A stretch of DNA of 64,000 bases, from NCBI GenBank assembly GCA_964188305.1, contig OZ076893.1; one strand, 5' to 3'. A program made the position numbers and the translations under genes. The notes under the pieces were generated by a model that searched no databases, was not told where the DNA came from, and worked only from the letters and a program-made list of their open reading frames with translations. Numbering within the stretch: position 1 is the first letter of the stretch; every line of letters begins with the position of its first letter. The stretch comes from Podarcis bocagei (taxonomy: Eukaryota). Positions 36,838-49,790 of the stretch are shown in pieces.

Positions 36838-37635
36838 TACTTATCTATTTTAGTCGGGGGTTACACAACTCCATACCCTCCAACATTACTCCAATGAATG
36901 TAGGGACTTCCTAAGGAAAAGCGAGACATTTGGGGATCAAATCAGAAACTTGGATGGCTTCTGTAAATCTGAAACTGTCCCTGGAAAATAGGGACACTTG
37001 GAAGGTCAGCTTCAGTAGACTACTTGGAAAATTGGAAGCATAGGAATGATAAGCCTGAGGGTGACAGATGCCAAATTTGAGGTAAAAAGATAAGAGATGT
37101 TTTATTTAGAGCAAATTAAACAATTGACAACAGACTCTGGCATGCTAACAAGTGCTGTGTGCTTTTCTTTCATAGACTTTGCCAGAGGTTTTTCCAGAAA
37201 CCTTTCTCCATTCTGGAGAATGCTTTGTTGTGTTAGGTCAAGGAAAATGTGTAGTATGTGCTACTGTCAAAGACTAGTGAAACATGGTTGCCATTGTTAT
37301 TAAAATGCTTTTGTTTCCCCAGCTTGTGAAATTCATTGGGCTTGTGAGTCGTCACCTGCTGCTGCTAAGTAATGGTTTCTGGCCAATTTTAGCTCTGGCA
37401 AGATTGCCATAGATCAGGCCTCAATCCTGAAGAATTTACAGTTGGACGTTAGATGTGAAAGGAGATGGGGAGAGGAAATCACAAGTGATGGGAACATATA
37501 GTCTGGGAAGCATAGAGAAGGGGAAAGTATATCAGAGGTGCACAGTGGCTGGTTTTTGGTTATCAGTTTTTGAAGGTACAGAAGAGCCTTAAGGAAAAAA
37601 GTGTGAAGTAGATTTAGTGGGCAGTTGTGTGACTA

Positions 37636-37841
37636 CAGTGGTACCTCGGGTTACATACGCTTCAGGTTACAGTCTCTGCTAACCCAGAACTTTGCTTCAG
37701 GATGAGAACAGAAATCGTCCTCCAGCGGCATGGCGGCAACAGGAGGTCCCATTAACTAAAGTGGTGCTTTAGGGTAAGAACAGTTTCAGGTTAAGAACGG
37801 ACCTCCGGAACGAATTAAGTACGTAACCAGAGGTATCACTG
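37636..37841 (+). mobile_element. Tc1/mariner MITE (CAGTGGTACCTC family)
   Basis: TIRs and TA flanks; short internal deletion. Confidence 0.88.
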
Positions 37842-38659
37842 TATTTCCTTCCCGCCCCCCATTGCAATATTTAAAGGCTGGGCTTGCCAGCTGAACAGAT
37901 ATTCTCCTGTTGGGCCTCCTACTGTGTCTCAAAGAACCATGCAACATGCAGAAATCAGCCTGGGTGGTTGTAGGATATGAGAGCCAACATAACTCCTGCC
38001 TATGCCAAGCAAAAAATCAGGAGCTAGTAAAAGTTAGCAATGTTGTTAAAGACAGAGGAGCCTGGTTAGGATAAACGAACATTTGCAACCCTTATTTCTA
38101 AGCTCCACCCATTTTTTAAAAAAAATGAATTGGTTGCTGCAGGTCGTTAGGGAAGGAGCTGCACCCACTAAAATTTGGCAACTCAAAGATACAAGAGTCA
38201 GGGATAGAGGGAGGTAAATGTAGGGGTGGCTGTGTAGCTTTATCTACTCAATTCCCTCCTTTTCTCTTGTACCCTTTAAAAAATAGGCTTGTCAAATGTT
38301 CTGAAATCCCCTCAGTTCTCTGGCTAATTCTGCCAAAAAGAAAACCTAACCAAAACTCTGGCGGAAGATGTACTGAAGGAGTAAGGAGAAATGTTTCTCA
38401 TTTCCTCCATTAAGCATGGAGTTGGACTATATTATATTCAATAACCCTTTTATCTCTGCCCCAAGGAACTGCTGAAGCTGGAATAAGTGTAAGGAAGGAC
38501 ACCATACTATATCAATATTGCCTGAAGAATATATCCTTTAAGAGTATGCCTCTTAAGAGCTGAAATTTCCTGGCATTTTGGAGCATGTGTGAACGTGAGA
38601 AGCTCTTTAACACATCAAGTTAAATTGGAAGAGTTTTGTTGTTAATTTATGTTTTAACT

Positions 38660-38878
38660 GAGTGCATTTATACCCTGATTTTCCTCTAAAGAGCTCGAAG
38701 CAACATACATAATTATGGCCATTCCATTCTTTTATTGACAACAATGCTACAAGGTAGCTGAGGCTGAGAAACTCTAAGTAGCCCAAGATCAACTAATTTC
38801 ATGTCTGAGTGTGGATTTGAACCTGAGTGTGGAGTTTCTCTTGCCTTTGTCCAACATTGTAAACACTACAAGACACTC
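38660..38878 (-). mobile_element. Old MIR-like/CORE SINE
   Basis: Motifs acaacaat...aggtag...aggctgaga, cccaagatca, ggatttgaacctg; highly decayed. Confidence 0.45.
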
Positions 38879-40009
38879 ATATGATTGGAGTCTGAGGATA
38901 GGATTTGAGATTTTTAATACAGTCTGCTGCCCTGTCCACTCCCCACTCTCCAAGATTTCCAGGGTTCTGAATGAGGGTTAGGGGAATATGTTCAAAAGAA
39001 AGTATATTATCTAGGTTTATGTTGGCTATCCTTATTCCATCTTTTATTCAGATCTGCAAGAGTCTTAGCAAGATTCAGATTATCGTCATTATTTTTTGAA
39101 GAGAGAGATTCAGTGTTTTGCAATGGGTCAGGGCAAAGACTATGAAACACTGACTTTGATGGAAATCTTTTGATTTTCCCCAGTAATAAGGAACTAAAAA
39201 CTCCTGTTTGCTTTGCTTTGCTGGGAGAGGAAGCACCCTGTGTACTTCACATGATTCATGCAAATCAATTTGTGCTGTTTGTGCCAATTCTTAGGGAGGG
39301 GGATCAGTCTATATTGGTTAGGGTAAGGTGGATGAGATGAACGTCTTGAATCTGTGGAAGATTAATTATATGACAGACCTTCTATTTATTAGAAACATGA
39401 AAATGCAAATTATTAGATACTGCGAGATTGATTTTCTCTATTCCCATGTTGAAGAATGACCTTCTCCTAGAGATACATTAAGTACCTTCAATTATGGTGT
39501 TCCATTGCTTGATCAAGAAATATTTATTTGTGAGGGGAAACACTGATTTTTAGTGCCAGCTCTAGTGGATTTTTTTTTAGATATCTGTGGTACTTGTGCT
39601 TTTTAGTACCTGACTTTTTATTATATTGATTTTTTACCTTGTAAACTACCTTGTTGTTTTATAATGAACAAGGCCCTGTGGAACACCCTTTGGAATGCCC
39701 TCCCATCAGATGTGAAAGAGATAAATATTTATATGACCTGTTTGTCAGCCCCTGTATGGGCAGACATTTTGTGAGGCCCGGCCCTAATTCAACAGAGGCC
39801 ACTCCACTGAGCATGCTTGAAACAATTTACTGCCAAAGAAATGTGATATGTGATTTGCTGACACAGGTAGTTCCAAAACTGGGGTGTCCTTTTGGGAGAA
39901 CAGAGTAGCACCCCAACATGTTGAGCTTCAGGTGACATGCTGTCCTGTGAACATAGGAGCACCTACATTTTGAATATGGATATGAATGGATGGTCCTCTG
40001 TCATGGATG

Positions 40010-40102
40010 CTTTAGCGGAGATTCCTGCATTGCAGGGGGTTGGATTAGATGACCCTTGGGAATCCCTTCCAACTCTACAATTCTACAATTCTATGGTTCT
40101 AT
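40010..40102 (+). mobile_element. CR1 3' end
   Basis: gcagggggttggattagatgacc...ccttccaactctacaattcta; its tail is the insertion site of the BovB. Confidence 0.8.
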
Positions 40103-40597
40103 CTTAAAAAGCAGAGACATCACCTTGCCAACAAAGGTCCGTATAGTTAAAGCTATGGTTTTCCCAGTAGTGATGTATGGAAGTGAGAGCTGGACCATAA
40201 AGAAGGCTGGTTGCCAAAGAATTGATGCTTTTGAATTATGGTGCTGGAGGAGACTCTTGAGAGTCTCATGGACTGCAAAAAGATCAAACCTATACATTCT
40301 GAAGGAAATCAGCCCTGAGCGCTCACTGTAAGGACAGATCCTGAAGCTGAGGCTCCAATACTTTGGCCACCTCATGAGAAGAGAAGACTCCCTGGAAAAG
40401 ACCCTGATATTGGGAAAGATGGAGGGCACAAGGAGAAGGGGACGACAGAGGACGAGATGGTTGGACAGTGTTCTCAAAGCTACCAGCATGAGTTTGACCA
40501 AACTGCGGGAGGCAGTGGAATACAGGAGTGCCTGTTGTGCTCTGGTCCATGGGGTCACGAAGAGTCGGACACGACTAAACGACTAAACAACAACAAC
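40103..40597 (+). mobile_element. 5'-truncated BovB (RTE) LINE
   Basis: LKSRDITLPTKVRIVKAMVFPVVMYGSESWTIKK...FELWCWRRLLR; end ggggtcacgaagagtcggacacgactaaacgac + (CAA)n; 10-bp TSD atggttctat (40093-40102, 40598-40607). Confidence 0.95.
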
Positions 40598-41342
40598 ATG
40601 GTTCTATGAAAAGGCCCTATGTCAAATCGATGCACTTCAAAGGCACAGGTCCCTTTGCTTGGAAAAGAGGATTGTGTGAGAGATGACTTTCATACAAACT
40701 GATACCATTGCAAATGTTACAGACATTTTCAGAAGTAACTGCAACAGAGAGCTCTCATTTAAAAAACAAAACAAAAACCAACCATTTTGCACCCCCATCA
40801 ACATCTCCTTACCGCTGTTTTCCAGCCCGCCACTCCCCCAAAATGTACTTCCCTTCTCAAAATCAAAATGCCCAATGAAACAGCACAAACAACACAGCTC
40901 CTTCTGATATACTGTACAGAACACAGAAACCAAAAAGGGGAAGAGGAATCCAGCCTCTCTCTTTGAAGATCAGTTGCTTGAGAAACGCGAGTAGTAGCCA
41001 AACTTCAAAGAGAACGTGGCCTTCCTACCTGGCTGAAGCACTTCAGAGAGAGCTAATTTACCTTCTCTGGTAAAATCAAGCCTTCGAGCAGGTTTGCTGA
41101 CTGTGAACTGCTAAAGCTAGTGGACATTTGAACCTAGGTATCAATCCCTTTGAAGTTTGCCCACAGTAGTCATTAGCATTTCAGAGATGGCAGAGCTACC
41201 CTTCCCCCCACCTAAAAAATTCCTCCCCACCTTAGGAAGTTAATATCAGGGTTGAACTTTCTGCAAGGGGTGGGGGATCATGCGCTTAAAAGGACAACAT
41301 TTAAACAAGGCAATGTCTGCAGGTACCTGGCTACAATGAAAT

Positions 41343-41598
41343 CCTAGCAGTTCAAAAGCACACCAGTGCAAGTAGATAAATAGGTATCGTTGCGGCGGGA
41401 AGATATATGGCATTACCGTGCACTCTGGCTTCCATCACAGTTTCCCGTTGTGCCAGAAGTGGTTTAGTCATGCTGGCCACATTACCCAGAAAGCTGTCTG
41501 TGGACAAACGCCGGCTCCCTCAGCCTGAAAGGGAGATGAGCACCACAACCCCATAGTCACCTTTGACTGTGGATCCATCCAGGGGTCCTTTACCTTTT
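41343..41598 (+). mobile_element. Sauria SINE, 5'-truncated
   Basis: Homologous to ~54447-54716, with cctttacctttt tail. Confidence 0.8.
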
Positions 41599-43654
41599 AA
41601 CGTGAATTCCAGTGGATTTTGAAGGCTGGGCCATAGTTTAGCTTACATGGGATTGAGTGCAGACACAGTTGTATAAGCCAGTACCACTTAGTGGGAATGC
41701 ACACACAGTTGCTGCAATGTTTTGCCATCAACTGGGTCGTAAGTCCTTCAATAGACCATTACACTGGGGCCAAGGGTTTGTTGGTTTATTTGCTTTATTA
41801 AACAAATTTATAGACCACATCACAGCAAGAAGCCATCAAAATGGTGTATATGTTAAAAACAGAATGAAATGGAAACCCAAACTCTAAAATCAGTTTAAGA
41901 AGCTCTAAAATAATAAGGCCATACATACAAACTGTAAATACAACAGAGCAATGCACTGGCCTGACATTGTTCAGAAAGAAGCCAAAGACCTTTGCAAATA
42001 TCACCTAATGAAAAGCTCAGCAACCTTGGACTAATTATGATCTTTTCTTTTCTTTTTAAGGCAATGGAAGTCATTACAGGAACAAAGACATTTATTACAT
42101 ATCTTTTAACAGTATTTAACCCATTGTAAAATGACATGATGAGGCACATTTTAATTAAAATGAAATGAGAAAAATCAGTTTAAAATCAGTGAACCACCTG
42201 AAGCTTTCAGGCTGTTTAAAAAAGACATTTTCAGCAGATAAACTAAGGTTCTTTAAGCTTCAGTTTAATAGCAGGAGGAAACTCTAGGGTATGTTTTATT
42301 GGGCTGTTAATATATACCTCTACTGGCTAAATGCACTTGGTCACACAATGAAACCCAAAAATGTATTAATTGGCCAATAAAGCATGGTCTGTCGAGTCTT
42401 GATGCCACAATGTAATGACAAAAGCATTTGTTTACAAAATGTCCCCAGACAACAATTAGTAACTCACAGAAGGGGATCAAATATGTGGACATGTGGACAT
42501 GCAAGTATAGAAACAGATGGCTGCATCAAATGTGATGTTGACATGTTCTTTGCTTGCATTGTATATTGTGCATGCAACATTCAGATTCAAAACCTATACA
42601 AAGCTCCCTTAGATCAGGACAAATTTGTCTGGGTGCAAAATTGTTAGGGGTGCAAAATTTCAACACCTGGTACTGCCTCAATACAGCTGTGTGCTTCCAT
42701 CACTGGACTCTGTTGAAAACGGATTCTCCATGCGAACCAGGAAGTGACGTCTCCAAAAAGCAGAACAACTCCTCTTTTTCTTATCTCTGTGGCTGCGATC
42801 TCCTAGGTGACGTGGATGCCATTAGGCAGTTGAATGTGCAGGCATACTCCATCCATTTCCATCCCTTCCACCCCCATCCACATGGCCTCAGGTGCTGGCA
42901 ACCCATGCTATGCCACTGATAGGGCCTTCTCTGTGGTGACTCTTTATTCCTTGAATTATGTCAAACACATTCATCAAGGCCTAAGGGCCATCTTAATCTG
43001 GGTGTTTAGGGTTTTTTTTTCTTTTTTAAAAAAAATTGCTCCTGTGTTAGTTATTGGCATTTGATGTTTACCTGGGCTTTAGCAAGCTACTCTGTCATTG
43101 TTTTACTGGGATGCGTGTATATTGTTTTCTTTTTAGTCTACTGTAAGCTACTCTGGGGTCTTGGATGAAATGCAATATGAAAATGGCATGAGTTATAATA
43201 TTATATTTAAAACAATGTTTGCTGTGTTATTTTAAGAAAAGTGAGTCCTCCTCTCAATTGACATCCATCTCATCCCAAATAAACAGAATAATTCATTATT
43301 AATTGTTCCTACAAATAGGATTTTCCTGTTGGCTCTATTCTCCCTTGAAAGTGCGTGCCCTTACACTTGAAAAAGCAACACAACATTGCAGGACCTCATA
43401 GTTATAAATTATTGAATCTCAGCAGCTATTAAAGGAGCAGCCCACCTCCAAGGCAAGTTCACCTGACATGAAAAAAGGGAAATTTTCTTGCAAGCCTGTT
43501 CATGTTCCTCGGGAGATTATGGGTGAAAGTACTCATCCATGCTGAAATATAGCCATTGGAGATCCAATTGACCAAGGTAATCAAGGTGATTAATGCAGGA
43601 ATCATTGCCCTCACTCTCTGATTATGTCATTTGCATTCTGTGAGGTCATTATAC

Positions 43655-44340
43655 TAGGGTTACCAGACATCCCCGTTTCCCGGGGACAGTACCCGGATTT
43701 GCGAATAAGTCCCTGGACAAATTCCATCCCTGGAACGTCCCTCGATTCCATCTAATGTCCCCAGGAAACACAGCAGTGGCAGTCTCAGCAGCCCGGAGCA
43801 GTTGGCTCTGGCTGGCTTCAGGAGCTGCTCAGAAGTCCCCATATGATGGAGGTGCAGGGGCTCTAAGATGCAGCTTCCGGGCTGCCTCCACCTTCCCTGA
43901 CCCCAGCAACTAAGCTGGGAAGGGAGGCATCGCGCTGCCTATCAGAGCTTGTGTGCAAGCAGGAGAGGACAGGGATCTCTCAGTTAGGCAACGGGAAGCT
44001 TCCCTTCCCAGCTGAGGGATCCCCACCTCCTCCTGCTTGCACGCAAGTAGGAATGGGATTGGGGCTGCTTTGATGGGAAGGGAGGCATCGCGCTGCCCGA
44101 GTCTTGCCGCACCGCCACTCTAGGCCCTCCTTCTCTGCCTTCCATGCCTGACCCACCGCACACCGCTTCCCCACCACCACCACCATTGAAGAACCAACAA
44201 CTCATGGGCTGCCCGGGTTCATGGAGAAAGGAAATAGAAGCCCAGGAGGAAGGGGAAACGTGGCGAACATGTAGTATTTATTTATGTATTTATTGATTTA
44301 AAGTGTCCCTGGATTCATTGAAAAAAATCTGGTAACCTTA
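43655..44340. mobile_element. Non-autonomous hAT (Blackjack-like) DNA transposon
   Basis: TIRs TAGGGTTACCAGA / TCTGGTAACCTTA; perfect 8-bp TSD cattatac (43647-43654, 44341-44348); subterminal gtccc/gggac repeats; internal repeat gggaagggaggcatcgcgctgcc. Confidence 0.9.
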
Positions 44341-45733
44341 CATTATACCATCAGTTGCTACCATTATGTCATCATATTCACTACATGACTCTTCATGAAA
44401 GGAGCCTTTGCACCTATACCCAGGAAAGCTCACTGCTGCTTACAGCAGAGTAGTGTAACCTCTGACCCTCCAGATGTTGTTGGCCTCCAACTCCGATCAG
44501 CCCCAGACAGCATGACCAATAGAGTCAGGTATAATGGGAGCTGGTGTCCAATCACATCTAGAGGGCCACAGGTTATCCATCTCCGCCTTAAAGATCAAAT
44601 CCAAATGTCCCATGACAATACTGTCCCATTGCGTCATTGATGCTTTTTTACGCTAGCCACAATTGTGATCTTTGTAAAACTATTTAAGGAGACAGGCTAT
44701 CATATGTTTCTAACACAGTGTTTGGGAAATCATTTCACAGTCAATTAGTCTGGCTCAGCTCTATGTCATTTTGTGCAACCTTCTATTTCTTAAAGAAGTT
44801 ACTTACTTCCCTGTCTCATTTCCCAAAAAGTGCATTTCACATTCTGTTGTTTGTTTTTGTTTCTTTATTTATGGCTTTTGTCTGCAGTGCTGTTTTTTTA
44901 AAAAAAGTTTGACTTTATTTTCTAGCACCAAAGTTCTACTTTCACCAAAAACGGTTTTCTACTCAGGAACACTGGAAATTTGCACACACACACACACACA
45001 CACCCCATGTTCTCTGCTCCTAACCTGCACACAGTTGAATCTGTGATATTTTTTACCCCATTATCAGCTTCTTTGCATTCAACTGGATACTACTTTATTT
45101 CTGCTCGAAAAGACTCATAATAAGAGTGTCTCCTGATAGCAGAACTGGGACAGATAAATATGCAAGTCATTCTCCACCTATACTGGTTTTCTTGCTTCCC
45201 TGGAATACATAAAAGGGATTAAGAACCAAAATATATTCACATAATTCCCAACCATGAGACTACAAAATTCTTCTGAAGCCCACAGTCATAGATATACCAG
45301 TACATTATATGATGACATAAATGTCAAATCGGAGCAATCAAAACCCAGTGTCTGCCAGCAGGAGCCTAGTTTGGAATAGGCAGGTCTCCAACTGATCTCT
45401 AACTTAACTCAGTTCTGTAAGTCCCCAAAATGTCGCAGCCAAAGCAATGTTCACAGCAGATAGCTTTTATTGTCAAAAATAACACTTACAGTCACTTCTG
45501 CAGCTCTGGATATCTATGTACACCAATCTAATGGCTAGGCAGCTATTCCCGGGTCAGTTGCAGCAACAGGGGACCACTCCCCCTCCCATCAGTTTATGTA
45601 CCTTCCCCTGGCAGGCTGCATGCACACAGCCAGAGACTGTGCATGTGTGGAAACTACCTCTACTCTTCCCTTTTCAATCCCCTCCTGGTTCTGGGAGGCA
45701 GTGGTGCAGGAGAGGGTGAGGAAGCACATAGCC

Positions 45734-45987
45734 CATGGGTAGGCAAACTAAGGCCCAGGGGCTGGATGTGGCCCAATCGCCTTCTCAATCCGGCCCGGCG
45801 ATGGTCCGGGAATCAGTGTGTTTTTACATGAGTAGAATGTGTGCTTTTATTTAAAATGCATCTCTGGGTTATCTGTGGGGCATAGGAATTCGTTCAATTT
45901 TCTTCTTCAAAATATAGTCTGGCCCACCACAAGGTCTGAGGGACAGTGGACTGGCCCCCTGCTGAAAAAGTTTGCTTGCTTGACCTG
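45734..45987 (+). mobile_element. hAT MITE (CATGGGTAGGCAAACT family)
   Basis: Reverse complement of 48007-48326. Confidence 0.8.
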
Positions 45988-48006
45988 ACTCTTCCTTCTT
46001 ATCTTCCGTCCCTTCCTCTGCTCCACCCTTCAGCTATGAAGTTTCCCCTGCTTCTGATTCTTGCCTCCTGGCTGGTAAGGGTCCCCACAAACCACTGCCC
46101 CTGTCTCCCAAGTCAGATTCCAGTTCCACTGCCCCTAGTGCACACTTGTTAGCATCTTGCCAGTCCCTGATGCAAATGGAGCATTGCAGGGGCAGGGCAG
46201 GGGGAGACCTAGCCCTATTCCAAACCCTGCTATAACCTAGTGAGCCAGAGGAAGTTACAGTGACCAAAAGGGTGATGGAAGTCAAACACTATTTTAAAGA
46301 CACGTTGGAGTAATTTGCAAAGTTGGAGGCGTAATTTACTCCAGCCTATTTTTTCACTGGCTTCCTTTAGTTTGGATTGCTCTGCAGATCGATGTACTAT
46401 TCTAACACTTGCATTCTGCCCCTCCCCAAGGATGGAAGAGGATTCTTGTCCCTCTTGCTTATGACTCAGTGGAGGTCTCTACCCACTCATCGCCTTGTCT
46501 CACCAGCTGGTGTTGACCATAACTGTTAACATTTAGTTTTGCACACATTTCATTTTGAACACAACATGTTCTACGCATAGGAGGTGATTTGGGGATTTAG
46601 CACAAAGTGCCATCAGCATGCTGCAGACACTCCAGCTCTCTTTCTCATCAGATTCAGCTGGGTTTCTATGGAAGAAGAGCCCTCGTCTTTTGAAGTGTGG
46701 TCCTGATGCCTTGACTCAAAGATGCAAACCCACCATGGCTGTCCTCCATTCATAGGTCGCAAGAATGACTGTTATTTCCTATTCAACAGATGTGGGGCCT
46801 CCAGAATATCTGGACCACTTCCTTCCTGATGCAGCAAAGCTGTCCTATGACACTTATTGATTGCCAATCTAGAATCCCAAAGGGAGATATTATCTTGCAT
46901 CAAGTGATTCCAAACCCATACCCCTGTTCAAGAACCAATCTCTGACATGACGTGTGAGAAAGCAGTTTCCAACACTGATCTTTTGATAAACTTTCACCCC
47001 TAACTTCTTATCTTTTTTTCTCAGTCTCCAGGTTTTAAATTGAAACTCTGCTTCTGTCACTGACATTGTTTTTGTTTATTGGAACTGTCTGGTCACTTTG
47101 TCTGTCATATTTAGGTGATGACTCTGTGCCCTGCATTGGCCTTACACAGCAAATGTACAGGATACCTTTTTATTTTATTTTTAAAGTCAGTTTCTCGTCA
47201 CTCCTATCAGAAAACAGCAGCGCGCATTGCCAAAAGAAGAAAAAAGAACAAATAAACAATATTAAATTGAATATGAATATGAATATGAATATGTCATGGA
47301 TTTCTTTCCTTGGCAGCAATGTTTGCCATTTTCTCTCATTACCCATTACCCATATTCTTATGCTAAATTGGAAATGATTTGTATTATTCTGAATGTTTAA
47401 TATTTCGTTTAGAAATTATTCAGTTACTAATTGAATACTTGTTTTTAGGAAGTTGATGATTTTTTTCATGAAAGGTCAAGGATAATTAAATGCTGGCTTA
47501 CTTTTAAGCTTATTTTATATTTTATATTTTATATTTGTAAATAAAATGTAAAGGCAAGCCAGATGATTCTATTGTGCCATTTCTTTCTTTTACAGTGCAG
47601 CAAGGTAAACTAATAATTATGTTAGACTAACATTAAAGCTGGTTGTCAAATCAGATAGTGATGGCCATTTACCTTTGTTTAGATTCTTGCTTGTCTCCAA
47701 ATATAGTATTGAATTGAATTTTATTAATATGGTCAAAGGAGAGAGAAGGGAGAATTGCTGGAGCTGGAGGGGGCTAGAGGAGTACGCAGGGAAACTGGAG
47801 GCTGTGCCTTACAACACTGTGATTCATTTTATTTTTCTATTCTAATATACTTATTCCACGTCTTCGCCCCTCCAAATATAGTATTTCTTTAAAATTCTAA
47901 TTCTACAAAAAAATACTTAGTTCATTATACTGTAACATGAAATGCCTGGATGACTCAACCAAATGGATTTAAGTGTCCATCTCTGAGTAGGTGGAATGGT
48001 ATAGGT

Positions 48007-48326
48007 CAGGGGTCAGCAAACGTTTTCAGCAGGGGTGTGGTCCACTGTCCCTCAGACCTTATGGGGGGCCGGACTATATTTTGAAGGGGGGGAGAATGAA
48101 TTCCTATACCCCACAAATAACCCAGAGATGCATTTTAAATAAAAGCACACATTCTACTCATGTAAAAACACCAGGCAGGCCCCACAAATAACCCAGAGAT
48201 GCATTTTAAATAAAAGGACACATTTTACTCATGTAAAAACAAGCTGATTCCTTGACTGTCCACGGGCCGGACTTAGAAGGAGACTGGGCTGGATCCGGCC
48301 CCCAGGCCTTAGTTTGCCTATCCATG
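48007..48326 (-). mobile_element. hAT MITE with internal ~70-bp tandem duplication
   Basis: Termini CAGGGGTCAGCAAAC / GTTTGCCTATCCATG; TSD gtataggt/gtgtaggt; ccccacaaataacccagagatgc...catgtaaaaaca occurs twice. Confidence 0.85.
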
Positions 48327-48949
48327 GTGTAGGTGTTTTAGGTAATCCTCTCAAACAAGAAAAGGCTAAGCTGAAGAACAATGAATATTGTTTGGAAGTC
48401 TTTGCACTGCAGGCAAAGACAGGCTCTGGTCATGAGGTGGCTGGCTGAAATGAAGAGTGTAAAGAATTATGTAGAATACCAAATGGGGGTGGAAGTGGCA
48501 AAGCAATGCTTTTTATGTTGTGCAGGGGATATTAGCAGCTTTAAAGCATATCATATTATAAAATATACAATATGGAAAGAGGGCTTTTTTAAAAAGAAAG
48601 AAAGAAAGAAAAACATACTATTCTGTGATTATATTGTGTGCTTTGGGGACGGATGATTTGTATTGGAGTAACACACTGCATTCAACTAGCAGGCAATGCG
48701 GTTCAGTCCTATAAGTCCAGTCCAGGAACTTCTCTCTTTGATCCCAGAGATAGAACCTCTTGCTTAATGCAAACTTCTCTGCTATGCAAATGCAAACATC
48801 TCTGCTTTGCAAATGCAAACTTTTCCACAAGTTTTAACTTCAATATTGAGCTAGAGTGGATGTTTTTGGCTTGATAGCCTGAAACTCAAAAGTATAGTTG
48901 AATTCATAGTTGAGATACCTGCTATGGAGATGCACCTAATTGTGTGTTC

Positions 48950-49790
48950 ATACCCATAAACCTCCCCCCTAAATAAATTCACACTTGACTCAAATTTTAG
49001 TTTTGGTTTTCAGCAGAATTTAGACCACAACTTTATTGACTACAGAAGGTGAGTGGTTGTATAGGCTCTGGTTCGACTAGCTCCCTGCACCCTTGCAGGC
49101 AGCACTGACCCAGAGCTCTATCATAGGTCAGCCAAGGGTGAACACCTGGGTAGGCAAAAAGCCAGGAACAGACTATGTTCCCCTCCCAGATGACCCCCTG
49201 GACTCAGGCACAGGCACAGGCACAGGCACAACCTCCTCTGGGGGGTTGACCAAACCAGGTGAGTCCCTGGATTCCTTTAACACAATACCCTTCACATAGG
49301 CGTGGGGAGAGCGTTCTCCCATCCCTATCACCTGAACCAGAGCCTATCCGCAACCTTACAAGTTGTGATGATTTGCTACGCAGCAGGTGAAACCCAAATG
49401 ACAACAGCCAATCAGCCAAGTGGGGAAAATTCCTGCTGTGCCCCTGTCCCGACGACAGACGGCACATGATGGCATAGCAAGGTCGTGCATAGCTTTAAAA
49501 GTAGGGAGAGGTGGGCGGGTGTTCTGAATGCACGCACCGAAAAAAGAAGCTCTGGGTCACGTGCATGGGTATAAATAGGTCCCTTGAACCATTTGGACTG
49601 TGGCCCATTGGCCTGATTGCACCCAGCTACAAGGGACCTACCAATCGGGTGTTGTGGCTGAGCAATCATACCCACCCAGAACACAGGGTGTTGGTTTCAA
49701 GGTCTCACCACAATACATGCCCTCTTTAAGGGAGGACCCGATGTATCAGCACAAACCAGGCCGGTATGACAAGAACTATTAGTGCGAAAC
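48950..49790 (-). mobile_element. Unclassified LTR-like or DIRS/Ngaro-like repeat, copy 3
   Basis: On minus: CCAAT/ATTGG boxes, then TATTTATA (~49570-49577), a CCCGCCCACC block, and AATAAAGTTGTGG (~49025-49037). Confidence 0.6.

Larger units (their letters stand above)
35620..37007 (+). mobile_element. Chimeric hAT-like element (L2 tail and duplicated left end inside), interrupted by nested elements
   Basis: Left end CATACCCTCCAAC (repeated at 36872), right end ttggaaggtc; flanks tgcttcag/agcttcag; internal (AAT)n and inverted L2 3' end at ~35666-35840. Confidence 0.7.
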
